DNA of 64,000 nt, taken from Thermoproteota archaeon. GTDB taxonomy: Archaea; Asgardarchaeota; Njordarchaeia; Njordarchaeales; Panguiarchaeaceae. Position 1 is the stretch's first letter; the number at the start of each line of letters is the position of its first letter. The position numbers and the translations under genes were made by a program. Below are positions 51,522-61,508 of this stretch, in pieces. The notes beneath the pieces were generated by a model. It was not told where the DNA came from and did no database searches. It saw only the letters and a list, made by a program, of their open reading frames with translations. The stretch spans positions 128,001-192,000 of the forward strand of contig JANJXX010000002.1 in the NCBI GenBank assembly GCA_024720975.1. Direction: 5' to 3'.

Positions 51522-53169
51522 TTTCGCCTTCCTCGCCTTCTTCTCCCTCTTTTCCTTTCTCCTTTTCTTTTTCTGGTTTTGGCTTACTGGCTATTATTTC
51601 ATCAACTCTAAGAAGCGTTGTTGCAGTTTCGATAGCTGTTGTTATGATGTTGGCCACTACACGGTAAGGATCCAGAAGTCCCTCTTTTCTTACATCAACA
51701 ATCTTTCCATTGATAGCATCGAAGCCCCACTTGCCTGGTTCCTCTAATGTTTTTGCCCGCAGCTTGCCCAGAGTTTCAATGACGTCTTCTCCAGAATTTT
51801 CGATGATAGCCTTTGGTATTGATTCTAAGGCTTCAACAAATGCTCTAGCAACTTCTTTCTCTTTACCAGAAAGTTCTTCAGTTTTGTCTACCCAGTCTTG
51901 CAATTTAGTTGCTAATGTCATTATTGTGGCACCTGCTCCGCCAACAACTTTCTTATCTTCAAGTACATCCTTGAGTACATTTATAGCATCTTGGAGCGCT
52001 CTTTCCGCTTCATCTGTAATGTGTTTACTTGCTCCTCTAACTATAATCGTAGTTGCTCCAGGGTACGCAGGTTCTTCAATGAAGACCATATGATCCTCTC
52101 CAACTTTCTTTTCATAGACTATTCCTGCCTTGCCGATGTCCTCTTCCTTAATATCCTCAATATTGCTGACAATTTTTGCCCCCGTAGCTCTACTTATCAA
52201 ACGCATATCCTTTCTTCTTACTCGCCTTACAGCCATGATTCCATGTCTAGCTAGAATGTCTTGGGCAGCTTCGCTTATACCTCTCTGACAGAAAAGTACA
52301 TCGACCTTAAGGTCTATAAGCTTCTGTATCATCTGGTGTATCATTGCTTTCTCTTTGTTTCTTAACTCTTCTAGAGCTTCCACACTTTCGACTGTTATAT
52401 TACTGGTAACATCTGCTTTTTCAATCTCTATGTTCTGATCAACAAGAGCAATTCTCGCATTCCTCTTTATTTTCGGCATTTCAGGGTGAACAATTTTCTT
52501 ATCGATAGCCACACCTTTGACAAGTATAGTGTCACGCAGAGTTTTTCCCTCTTTTTGTATTATGTTAATGAGCTCGGGATCCAGGTAGTTTCTTTCAGGA
52601 TCATATGCTGTCATAGCTGCCTCATAGGCCAGTTCAGCGAAGAATCTTCTCTCTGTCTCCGGAAGTTTGGAGTTAAGAGCACTTATTGCGGTGTTAATTA
52701 GCACTTCTTTGTCTTTTTCTATGTCAACAGTGTAAACCAATTCGTCGAGAAACTCGAGAAGTTTCTGGCGTATCTTTTTAAGTGCATTTGTTATGATAAT
52801 CGGGTGAATGCCACGTTCAACAAGCTTGTCAGCTCTAGCTAAGAACTCTCCTGTTAATACCACAACACTGGTCGTTCCATCACCAGCAGTGTAATCTTGT
52901 GATTTGGCAGCTTGTACAATCAACTTTGCTGCGGGATGTGCAACATCAAGCTCGTCTACTATCGTTGCGCCGTCATTAGTAATAACTATGTCACCTATAG
53001 AATCAACGAGGAGTTTGTTCATACCGCGCGGACCCAGAGTAGTTCGTACGATATCTGCCAATGTTAATGCAGCTGTGACATTGTTGTGCAATACTTGCTT
53101 ACCTCTTTCACGTGTGGTGTCCTCTTTAAGAACCAACACAGGAATGGCACCGGCTGTAGGAGCTGCCAT
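51493..53169 (-). CDS. Thermosome (group II chaperonin) subunit
   Basis: TLGPRGM, ITNDGATI, GDGTTS, GGAGA. Confidence 0.97.
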   Translation of the reverse strand: MAAPTAGAIPVLVLKEDTTRERGKQVLHNNVTAALTLADIVRTTLGPRGMNKLLVDSIGDIVITNDGATIVDELDVAHPAAKLIVQAAKSQDYTAGDGTTSVVVLTGEFLARADKLVERGIHPIIITNALKKIRQKLLEFLDELVYTVDIEKDKEVLINTAISALNSKLPETERRFFAELAYEAAMTAYDPERNYLDPELINIIQKEGKTLRDTILVKGVAIDKKIVHPEMPKIKRNARIALVDQNIEIEKADVTSNITVESVEALEELRNKEKAMIHQMIQKLIDLKVDVLFCQRGISEAAQDILARHGIMAVRRVRRKDMRLISRATGAKIVSNIEDIKEEDIGKAGIVYEKKVGEDHMVFIEEPAYPGATTIIVRGASKHITDEAERALQDAINVLKDVLEDKKVVGGAGATIMTLATKLQDWVDKTEELSGKEKEVARAFVEALESIPKAIIENSGEDVIETLGKLRAKTLEEPGKWGFDAINGKIVDVRKEGLLDPYRVVANIITTAIETATTLLRVDEIIASKPKPEKEKEKGKEGEEGEEGEIKPPVQRKL

Positions 53170-53430
53170 GGAGCTCACCTCGTGATAGTATATTATATAT
53201 CTAGCTATTCCAGCAAAGTTATCACTGTTTTTCGTGATTTTTAAACTGATCTATTTATGAACGTCGGGAGAATGACTAGGTCTTCTAAGTAGCGATTAGC
53301 TATGTACCAGGCAGCTAAGATTATATCGCCTGAGAATTAATCCTTTCTTAATGGAGTGAAACACTAGATCATATAAAGGCGACAAGATTGAGATTTACTT
53401 TCCTTTTTGAGGAAGGGAGGATGTGCATAC

Positions 53431-53524
53431 TGGCGCCGGGGGGCGGACTCGAACCGCCGACCTCCCGGTGTCTACTCGATTGCATCACTAACAGCCGGAC
53501 GCTCTACCACTGAGCTACCCCGGC
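53431..53524 (-). tRNA. tRNA-Asn(GTT) with a 19-nt canonical intron (53470-53488), CCA encoded
   Basis: Mature TCCGG-CTGTTAA-CCGGG; central helix CTGT/GTAG. Confidence 0.93.
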
Positions 53525-53762
53525 TCATTTTAGTTAGTTGCTCTTCTTGCATTTGTTAGCGTAGCTGCAGAAAATACCTACTAATAAATTTCTGCTTTAA
53601 AAAAACTTAGAAATAAATCACTGCCGAGGATTTATTTTCTTTTCCTTGTTGTTTATCACATCGTAGGTGCATGCAATTTAATTCATCAAGCTTATTTTGC
53701 TTTTGCTTTAAATTTGGACATTGTCGTAAAATTTTGCCAAGCAGGACCTTAGGGTTTTTAAA

Positions 53763-54530
53763 ATGCTGATGAAAGAAGAAACGAGCAAAATAAAAGTCCG
53801 TGGAACATCAACAAAGGCCAGAGTCCTAAAGCAGTTGATGATGAAGTTTTTGCTCAACGAATGGCTCAAAAAGAAGCTTTCTGAGGAAGCGCCCCTTGCC
53901 GGATTTGTCTCTGCTGATGTGCAAGTCGGTCCAATTGGATATAAGATCGTAATAGAGTGCAAGAATCCACGTGTTCTAGTAGCCAGAAGGGGTATAAGAA
54001 AACGAAAGCTAATTGAGGATATCAAAGAGGCCTTCGGAATAGAGGTCGCTAGACTAGATGTAGTGCAATTGAAAACACCTCCTGAGCTTAATGCACAAAT
54101 AGTTGCGGAAGCAATCGCAAGAGCTATTGAGAGAGGAGCAAACCCGCGAAGAGTAGCATACTTCTATATCCAACAAGCCTTGGAGAAAGGAGCTCTAGGC
54201 GTAGAAATTAGAGTACAGGGAAGGCTCCGAAGAAAAAGATCTCAGAAAATGCGTTTCGCATCGGGAAAAATCCTGTATACGGGTGATATAGCAGAAAAGT
54301 TCGTATCAAAAGGATACGCACGATTTCAACTGAGAACTGGCACCGTTGGCGTGCAAGTCAGGATTGTGCTTCCAGAATCTCTTGAAAATCTTGTAGACAA
54401 TATCAAAATAGCTCACCCAGAGGTAAGTAAGGATATAGTTCAAGAGCTAGAGGAAACAATAAGAGCTAACTATGAAGAAGTACTCGCAAAAGTGGGTGAG
54501 AAAGCAGCCGGTGAAGGCGAGTCAAATTGA
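53763..54530 (+). CDS. rps3: 30S ribosomal protein uS3
   Basis: EAPLAGF, KH domain, PELNAQIVAE, GALGVEIRVQGRL, GTVGVQVRI. Confidence 0.95.
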   Translation: MLMKEETSKIKVRGTSTKARVLKQLMMKFLLNEWLKKKLSEEAPLAGFVSADVQVGPIGYKIVIECKNPRVLVARRGIRKRKLIEDIKEAFGIEVARLDVVQLKTPPELNAQIVAEAIARAIERGANPRRVAYFYIQQALEKGALGVEIRVQGRLRRKRSQKMRFASGKILYTGDIAEKFVSKGYARFQLRTGTVGVQVRIVLPESLENLVDNIKIAHPEVSKDIVQELEETIRANYEEVLAKVGEKAAGEGESN

Positions 54531-54721
54531 GGGCAAGAGAAATCCGAAAAATGACAAGAGAAGAGAGATTTAAGCAATTAAAGGCGCTCAGAATTAAATT
54601 AGTAACGCTTAAAACGCGGCTCAAGCGAGGGGGGGTCTCTAACACATCAGAACTAAGAAATGTAAAAAGGGATATAGCTAGAATTCTTACAGTCATGAGA
54701 GAACTCGGTGAAGTGCAATAG
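54527..54721 (+). CDS. rpl29: 50S ribosomal protein uL29
   Basis: RAREIRKMT, VKRDIARILTV; follows uS3. Confidence 0.95.
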   Translation: MRAREIRKMTREERFKQLKALRIKLVTLKTRLKRGGVSNTSELRNVKRDIARILTVMRELGEVQ

Positions 54722-54996
54722 TAAAAAGATATCCCAAGAGAAGTTTTTTACCATTCATAGGCTGTGAACTAAAAGTTCTGGCATCAAAAAATGCCTCACT
54801 AGAGGGCATTACTGGGAATATCCTGGTGGAGACCAGAAATACCTTCATAATAGCATCGAGTGGAAAAATAAAAGTCATTCCTAAAAAAGGTTCGACGTTT
54901 TTGATTAAGATGGGGAATTCGAGTTTAGTAGTAACGGGAGATTTTCTACAGTCACGATACACAAAGCTGCGCAAACTGCACAGGAAGTATTATTAG
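54718..54996 (+). CDS. rnp1: RNase P protein Rpp29 (component 1); absent from ORF track, apparent ATA start
   Basis: Own translation: IVKRYPKRSFLPFIGCELKVLASKNASLEGITGNILVETRNTFIIASSGKIKVIPKKGSTF...; canonical position after uL29. Confidence 0.88.
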   Translation: MVKRYPKRSFLPFIGCELKVLASKNASLEGITGNILVETRNTFIIASSGKIKVIPKKGSTFLIKMGNSSLVVTGDFLQSRYTKLRKLHRKYY

Positions 54997-55001
54997 GTTA
55001 G

Positions 55002-56219
55002 GTGTTATCTTTGATACGTATTGGCCTCCTTGGAAAACCCAATTCAGGGAAATCAACATTCTTCTCAGCAGCGACAGGGAGAGATGTAAAGATAGCTGAC
55101 TATCCTTTTACCACGATAAATCCAAACGTAGGTATAGCATATGCATCCATTGACTGTGTCTGCAAGGAATTCGGCGTCAAGGACACGCCTCGAAATTCAG
55201 TATGTATCAATGGCATACGTTTCATTCCAGTAGAATTATGGGACGTTGCTGGACTGGTTCCAGGGGCATGGCAGGGGAGGGGTCTTGGGAACCAGTTTTT
55301 GGATGACCTTAGACAAGCCGATGTATTGATTCATGTTGTTGATGCTTCTGGAAGGTATGATGCTGAGGGCAAAGATCTAGGAAGACCAGGTATACATGAT
55401 CCCATAGAAGATATAAGATTCCTCGAACAGGAAATACAAAGATGGTTTTGGCAGATCCTTAAAAGAAACTGGGATAAATTTGCACGGAAAGTTGAAGTTG
55501 AGAAGAAAGACCTGGCGTCAAGTTTAGCAACATTACTATCAGGTCTAAACATAAGCAAAGAGCATGTGGAGAAAGCTATACAGTTATTATCCCTCAATGC
55601 CGAAAAACCCTCAACATGGTCAGATGATGATTTATTAAAATTCGCTGGTGTGTTGCGGGAAGTGTCGAAACCGATAGTTATTGTCGCCAATAAATTAGAT
55701 GTCCCTGCATCAGAGGAAAATCTTAAAAGATTGCAGGAGTTAAATATAGACGTAGTGCCGGCTTCAGCTTTAGCTGAGTTAATTTTAGTCAAGCTATCTG
55801 AGAGGGGTGTAATAAAGTACATTAGAGGGGGTTCATCTTTTGAAGTAGTAAACCCAAATCAGATTTCGGACAGAGAAAGGAAACTATTAGAGAAGATACA
55901 AGAATTCCTAGATAAATGGGGCTCTACAGGAATCCAAAAGGCGATGAACCATGCAGTCTTTAATGTAAAGAAGATGATAGCAGTTTATCCAGTCGAAGAC
56001 GAAAATAAGCTAACTGATAGGAAAGGTAATATACTACCCGACGTCTTTCTGGTACCAAAAGGAACAACAGCATTGAATCTCGCAGAGAAAATACATAGTG
56101 ACTTAGCTAAGAACTTTATCTATGCGCTTGATGTCAGAACTAAAACCAAGTTGCCAGCAGACTACGAACTCAAACACAGGGATGTTATTAAGATTTACGC
56201 AGCAGCAAAGAAGAAATAG
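55002..56219 (+). CDS. ychF: YchF/OLA1-family Obg-like ATPase (likely start TTG 55011)
   Basis: GKPNSGKST, YPFTTINPN, DVAGLVPGA, GLGNQFL, TGS domain. Confidence 0.95.
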   Translation: MLSLIRIGLLGKPNSGKSTFFSAATGRDVKIADYPFTTINPNVGIAYASIDCVCKEFGVKDTPRNSVCINGIRFIPVELWDVAGLVPGAWQGRGLGNQFLDDLRQADVLIHVVDASGRYDAEGKDLGRPGIHDPIEDIRFLEQEIQRWFWQILKRNWDKFARKVEVEKKDLASSLATLLSGLNISKEHVEKAIQLLSLNAEKPSTWSDDDLLKFAGVLREVSKPIVIVANKLDVPASEENLKRLQELNIDVVPASALAELILVKLSERGVIKYIRGGSSFEVVNPNQISDRERKLLEKIQEFLDKWGSTGIQKAMNHAVFNVKKMIAVYPVEDENKLTDRKGNILPDVFLVPKGTTALNLAEKIHSDLAKNFIYALDVRTKTKLPADYELKHRDVIKIYAAAKKK

Positions 56220-56316
56220 CATGACAAGCCTTATCCTATGGTCATTGGAAGAAAAGTTTAAAAGTCAGCAAACTAGAGATACAGTTAGATTATAGTTAGA
56301 CTGCGTATGGTAGAGG

Positions 56317-56410
56317 GCCGGGGTTCACGAGTTGGAACGTGGCGTGCCTGGAGACATGTCGGAAAGCACGTGGCGTTTGCGCCTCGCGGGTTCGAGTCCC
56401 GCCCCCGGCA
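56317..56410 (+). tRNA. tRNA-Ser(GGA) with an 11-nt intron (56354-56364)
   Basis: GCCGGGG acceptor; mature CGTGC-CTGGAGA-GCACG; long variable arm; helix CTGG/TCGG. Confidence 0.88.
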
Positions 56411-56734
56411 TATTTCTGCATCCCTTGATCTTAAATACACAACCTCTGATGATATGATGATATAAATGTAGTTTCTTCGTTCTGAGCTAATGGTAGCACT
56501 TACTACATCTTGTTGCAATTCTTATTGCAATCTGATAGCTTAATCTTTCAAATTTTAACTCTATCGGCTTACTGTAGCAGTTCAATTTTCTAGGGAAAAG
56601 CCTCTGTCTTAACCTTCCGCTAGACTTTCAGGTTCATGATAAAGTGTTTGCCTTATTAAGAATCTGGCTGGTTTATTAGTAGTAAATGAAAATCGTTGCT
56701 ACCTCTAGGGATTGCATCTTAGGGGGCGCAAATA

Positions 56735-58747
56735 TTGGTCTTAGAAGAGTTCAGAGACATTAGGTTGTCATCCCTCGATGTCGCAAAGCTGGTAAAAGAT
56801 TACAAGGATTTGCTTCTGAGTGCATTCGTTGCTAATGTATATCAAGCTGCCGATGTCTTTTGTTTAAAGTTGCATAATGTTCCTGGAAAAAGGTTTTTAC
56901 TGTTGCATCCTCAGTATAGATTCAATCTTACTAATAAAGTTCTAGAGTGGCGAATAACGCCACTTGTTAGTGTTCTTCGTAAGCATCTCAGGAACAAAAG
57001 AATACGATCGTTGAGTCAATACTTTTTCGATAGAGTCATAAAGATAGAGTTTGACGAAGGCTTAGAGTTAGTTTGTGAAATGATTCCAAGGGGAGTTTTG
57101 GTCCTCCTTAAAGATGGTGTAATTCTGGCGGCATCGCAATACGCAAAGATGAAAGATAGGGAGATTCAAATTGGAGTATATTACAAATATCCTCCAGAAC
57201 CACCTAGTAACCCCGCAGAGGTCCCGGTAGATGAATTAAATAAGCGGTTCATGGAGCAGTTACCTTTGCTGAAGAACCTTATGAAGCTAGGTATAGGACC
57301 TAAATATGCGCTTGAACTATGCAAGAGATTGGGGCTAGACTGTACGAAAGCACTTCAAGATTTCCATCAGATTCCTGAGATTAAGGAAAGATTAACGGAG
57401 TTATTCTTGGAAATTCTCAACTCGAAGAAGGGCTTTGTATACTTGAAAGAGGAAACTCCAGTTTTCTTCTCGCCCATTCCTCTAAGCTTTACAGAGGGTT
57501 ACAAAGTTCTTGAATTTGATGCCTTTGATGAAGCTATTGACTTCTACTTTAGTCATGACATAATCAGACGGGCAATAGAAGAAGCATATGGGAAAGTCTA
57601 TGAGAAAAGAAAAAAACTTCAGCACATAATTAAGTATCAGAAGGAAGCAATTTCTAAGCTCGAAGCGAAGATCAATAAACTTAAAGAGGTTATAGAAACA
57701 GTGTACGAAAACTATTTACTTGTTGACTCAACTCTTCAGGCAATACAAAAAGCTAAAGACTTAGATCACTTAGACTGGGATGAAATTCGTGATAGGATCG
57801 CACGCGGAAAGGCTATTGGAATAAAACCAGCAATGATTATCGAGGATATCCAGAATGACGGAACAGTGATATTTAAAATAGATAGGATTTCTTTTTCCGC
57901 AAACTATAGAGATACTGTTAATAGCCTTACCAGTAAGCTTTACCAGCGAATAAAAAAGCTTGAGGAAAAGCTAATGGGGGCTAAGGAAGCGCTCGAAAAA
58001 TCCATGCTTGAGCTCCAAAATTTAGATATGGAGTTAAAAGGAATAGAATCTAAGGCGGCGTGCGTAATACAAGAGCCAAAATATGAATGGTATCACGGCT
58101 TTAGGTGGTTTAGAACCTCAAAAAATGCTCTTTTGGTAATTGCTGGAAAGGATGCACAGACAAATGAGACGTTACTTAAGAAGTACCGAGAAGAAAATGA
58201 CTTGATACTACATGCAGAAGTTCCAGGAGGTGCTGTAGTACTGGTGAAAGAGGGAAAGAACCGCGCTGCTAAAGAAGACCTGGAAGAAGCAGCAATATAC
58301 GCGGCTTCATACTCTAAGGCTTGGAGGGAAGGACTTGCAGCTGTAGATGTGTTTTATACGTCGGCAGACCTTATAAGTCTAACTCCTCCATCTGGAACAT
58401 ACCTGAAGAAGGGTTCATTTATCGTTCTCAAGAAGGAAATAATTAAGAATGTTAAGTTAGAGCTTGCAATAGGCATAAAGCTAATTAAGAGTAGAGATAT
58501 CATATCAATATCAGTGCAGTCCTCCCCATTATCAGCTGCTACGTCCCTCGATTGCTACTGTATAATCAGACCCGGAAAATTAGACAAGAGTGCTGTAGTC
58601 AGGTCTATCCATAAATATCTCGTAAACAGAATTGTCAAAGAAACACCATACTGTGATGAACGAAAAATCTCCAAAGTTGTAAAGATCGAAAAAATATCGG
58701 AACTAGTACCAGGATCATCCGAAATTGAGTTTCCGCAGCAACGCTAA
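56735..58747 (+). CDS. rqcH: Ribosome quality control NEMF/RqcH family protein (NFACT)
   Basis: QYFFDRV, EMIPRG, WYHGFRWF, GKDAQTNE, HAEVPG, YSKAW, YLKKGSF. Confidence 0.93.
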   Translation: MVLEEFRDIRLSSLDVAKLVKDYKDLLLSAFVANVYQAADVFCLKLHNVPGKRFLLLHPQYRFNLTNKVLEWRITPLVSVLRKHLRNKRIRSLSQYFFDRVIKIEFDEGLELVCEMIPRGVLVLLKDGVILAASQYAKMKDREIQIGVYYKYPPEPPSNPAEVPVDELNKRFMEQLPLLKNLMKLGIGPKYALELCKRLGLDCTKALQDFHQIPEIKERLTELFLEILNSKKGFVYLKEETPVFFSPIPLSFTEGYKVLEFDAFDEAIDFYFSHDIIRRAIEEAYGKVYEKRKKLQHIIKYQKEAISKLEAKINKLKEVIETVYENYLLVDSTLQAIQKAKDLDHLDWDEIRDRIARGKAIGIKPAMIIEDIQNDGTVIFKIDRISFSANYRDTVNSLTSKLYQRIKKLEEKLMGAKEALEKSMLELQNLDMELKGIESKAACVIQEPKYEWYHGFRWFRTSKNALLVIAGKDAQTNETLLKKYREENDLILHAEVPGGAVVLVKEGKNRAAKEDLEEAAIYAASYSKAWREGLAAVDVFYTSADLISLTPPSGTYLKKGSFIVLKKEIIKNVKLELAIGIKLIKSRDIISISVQSSPLSAATSLDCYCIIRPGKLDKSAVVRSIHKYLVNRIVKETPYCDERKISKVVKIEKISELVPGSSEIEFPQQR

Positions 58748-58974
58748 TACCTTAACTATCAGTCTATAGTCAAACTCCGTCGTACTTTTAAGAGGATAGA
58801 ACTAGCTCGTCTTCCATGTATGGTAATCTGACCTATCAAACTAGTGTTTTAAAGGCTAGACGCTAGATCAAACAAGGCATATAGACTTTTTTAAGTAGCA
58901 AGTAGTTTATTAGTTTTTATTATGGTGGGTTTAAGGTACGTGGTGGCCATTCTTAACTATAATTACTAACTAAC

Positions 58975-59047
58975 GGAGCCGGTAGCGCAGCGGTAGCGCG
59001 CGGGACTGTGGATCCCGAAGTCGCGGGTTCAAATCCCGCCCGGCTCC
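58975..59047 (+). tRNA. tRNA-His(GTG), G-1 genomically encoded
   Basis: G-GAGCCGG acceptor with C73; CGGGA-CTGTGGA-TCCCG. Confidence 0.95.
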
Positions 59048-59195
59048 CCTCAACTGATTCTCCAAAGTACAAGCTAAAAATTCACGAAAGTCTTAGCCCT
59101 AATTGTAGTCCATTAAAAAAGGCATATTCTACCCCTTCAGTTGTGTTAATCAGAATGCTTTAGTGGCAATTCTGCCATTTGGTGAATTAACCTGA

Positions 59196-59504
59196 GTGGT
59201 TCTAATGAGTAGTCCTGATAAGAAAGCTTTTGGTATGGCTCCTTTGACAGCGCTGTTCTCTCTAAAAGTATTGCTTGGGGTTGCTTTAGGGTTATTTCTG
59301 GGATTAATTGGCTATCTACCGAATAGTCCTGTTGAAAGTTTAATAGTGTTAATAAGCCTTTTTGGGATCCCAGTGTACTTAGCCTTATTCTTCAAATTAA
59401 AGTACAACGTTAGAGAGAGCTTAATTAAACTTATTTTACTCTACGGAACTTTAGGTTACTTTGCGTGCGTTCTCTCATTTTGGGCTCTTGTTTTAAATTT
59501 GTGA
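59196..59504 (+). CDS. Small 3-TM membrane protein, EMC6-like
   Basis: GVALGLFLG first TM; C-terminal GTLGYF...FWALVLNL resembles the EMC6 TM3 signature. Confidence 0.55.
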   Translation: MVLMSSPDKKAFGMAPLTALFSLKVLLGVALGLFLGLIGYLPNSPVESLIVLISLFGIPVYLALFFKLKYNVRESLIKLILLYGTLGYFACVLSFWALVLNL

Positions 59505-59553
59505 ATTTGTTGAAAGAAACAAATTAACACACGGCGTTTGCATGGTGTGCTAG

Positions 59554-60372
59554 GTGCTCTGTAGGGATATAATGCATTCCCCTCTGCTGATAGATAGGGA
59601 CGAAAACATAGCAAAGGTCGTTGAACTACTTCATAAAAGAAAAGAAACTCATGCAATTGTGATAGATAAGGGAAGAGTTGTAGGTGTAGTATCTGTAAAG
59701 GATGTGCTTAAAACGATTCTTGATAGACTTCGATGGGGCTCACAAAGAGTTGGCAAACTTTACGTATCAGCTATAATGACGGAAAACCCTATATACGTAG
59801 ATCCTGAAACTTCTGTGGTTGCTGCAGCAAGAGTGATGATTAATAATGGCATAAGTTCGGTGCTAGTGGCTAAAGATCTAAGTAATGTAGAGTCCGTGGG
59901 AATACTTACTAAACGAGATATACTTATAAACTTCGAAAATCTCTATGGCTCAAAGATCGCAGTCAGCGATGTAATGACAGGAAACCCCATTTTTGTAAAT
60001 CCAGGTACGACTATAAAACACGCTGAGTGGATTCTTCGGGAAAATAAGATATCAACTCTACCAGTCTTAGAGGAAGGTAAGCTTGTAGGATATTTGGATG
60101 CTAGAATCCTCGCATTAGAAATAGCATGGTCTTACCTTAAGGGCGATATAAAACATACTAGAACCTTTATCGAAAATACAACAGTAGCTGACGTGATGGC
60201 GCCTCCGCACTTTATACAAAAAGATAGTAGTATACTTTCAGTAGTAGACTTACTAGTACGAAAAAATGTGAAGGGCACACCGGTACTTGAGAGCGAACGC
60301 TTAGAGTCAAAGCTTGTTGGGGTAGTCACCGAGACAGATATCGTTGGCTTACTCGTAAAAAGTTCGAAGTAG
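59554..60372 (+). CDS. Tandem CBS-domain protein (4 CBS)
   Basis: VVGVVSVKDV, VGILTKRDI, LVGYLD, LVGVVTETDI. Confidence 0.92.
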   Translation: MLCRDIMHSPLLIDRDENIAKVVELLHKRKETHAIVIDKGRVVGVVSVKDVLKTILDRLRWGSQRVGKLYVSAIMTENPIYVDPETSVVAAARVMINNGISSVLVAKDLSNVESVGILTKRDILINFENLYGSKIAVSDVMTGNPIFVNPGTTIKHAEWILRENKISTLPVLEEGKLVGYLDARILALEIAWSYLKGDIKHTRTFIENTTVADVMAPPHFIQKDSSILSVVDLLVRKNVKGTPVLESERLESKLVGVVTETDIVGLLVKSSK

Positions 60373-60498
60373 CTTCACACTTCTTGACAGTTATTTTCTT
60401 TTAAAATAATGCAAATGCTATTGTCTTAGAGAAATGCGATTTATTGCACTGAATATTCGTAAAATGTCTATAAAGTCAATGATCACCAGGTGAAAAAT

Positions 60499-60675
60499 TT
60501 GAGCTCGAAAATACGCCTGCAAGACCCCATTGCCACAGAAGTTGTAGTAAATCGCGTACTAGGATATAAAGTATGTAGACGCTGTAATTCCAGAAACTCA
60601 ATTGTTGCAACACAATGTCGTCGCTGTAAATCTAAGCAATTAAGATTGAAGAAAATAAAAGTAGGCAAGAAGTAG
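60499..60675 (+). CDS. rpl40e: 50S ribosomal protein eL40
   Basis: [10 protein letters not shown]...[15 protein letters not shown]; TTG after GGTGA. Confidence 0.93.
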   Translation: MSSKIRLQDPIATEVVVNRVLGYKVCRRCNSRNSIVATQCRRCKSKQLRLKKIKVGKK

Positions 60676-60684
60676 GCGAGTCCT

Positions 60685-61086
60685 ATGAGTGTATATCATA
60701 AGCCAACTAAAAGAAAACCCTCTGGTGGAAAGAAAAGACCTACAATGAAACATAAGAAAAAGTGTCATATTGGGCGCCCGCCGACATATACGGAAATAGC
60801 GCCTTACGACGAACGAAAAGTGATAAGAACGAAGGGAGGTGGGGTGAAAGTTCGTCTATACAAGGTTGCGTACGCAAATGTGCTAATAAAGTCCCAGAAT
60901 ACGTACAAGAAAGCTAAGGTACTTCGAGTTGTAGAGAATAAAGCAAATCGTGAGTTTAAGCGACGTAATATTATCTGCAAAGGTGCTATAATAGAAACCG
61001 AGATAGGTAACGCTATAGTCACATCTAGGCCTGGGCAGGATGGTGTCATAAACGCGATTCTAATCGAGAAAGGAGATGAAAAATGA
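60685..61086 (+). CDS. rps8e: 30S ribosomal protein eS8
   Basis: RKPSGG, RTKGG, RRNIICKGAII, TSRPGQDGVINA. Confidence 0.97.
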   Translation: MSVYHKPTKRKPSGGKKRPTMKHKKKCHIGRPPTYTEIAPYDERKVIRTKGGGVKVRLYKVAYANVLIKSQNTYKKAKVLRVVENKANREFKRRNIICKGAIIETEIGNAIVTSRPGQDGVINAILIEKGDEK

Positions 61087-61370
61087 GTAAGCTTGACTTC
61101 AGACAGATTAAGGGAGTCATTGTAAACTATAGAATCGGCTCTAAGGGTAGAAATACTCGGTGGCGACAAGTAATAATAAAGTTCGATCTGCCTTCAAACA
61201 TTAAAATCGACGAACTTATAGGAAAAAAAGTTGAAGTACACTGGCGGGGTAAAGTTTTCAAAGGTAAACTCTATCGAAAACATGGCAAGTATTCGCTAAG
61301 AGCACTATTTGAAAAGTCTCTGCCTGGTCAAGTACTCTTGGGCCAATACGATATTGTAGTCAAAGAATAG
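61083..61370 (+). CDS. rpl35ae: 50S ribosomal protein eL33 (L35Ae)
   Basis: GVIVNYR, LIGKKV.V.W, GK...KHG, RALFEKSLPGQ. Confidence 0.9.
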   Translation: MSKLDFRQIKGVIVNYRIGSKGRNTRWRQVIIKFDLPSNIKIDELIGKKVEVHWRGKVFKGKLYRKHGKYSLRALFEKSLPGQVLLGQYDIVVKE

Positions 61371-61508
61371 TGATTATGAATTCATACAGTGTTCCTGAAA
61401 ATGTATCCTCCAATTAATTAAAGTTGTATCTTTGTTGCAAAGAAGAAAGTCATAAGGCTTTATTAATAAAATAGATGATTTAAGAGTGTTTTCAATAGTT
61501 TCCTTACG

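Noticed and set aside
54693-54974. 93-aa minus-strand ORF
   Set aside because: Antisense shadow of rpp29
56425-56485. CTGA/ATGATGA/CTGA pattern suggesting a C/D-box sRNA
   Set aside because: No convincing first C box, spacer too long (21 nt), AT-rich guides with no recognisable rRNA target
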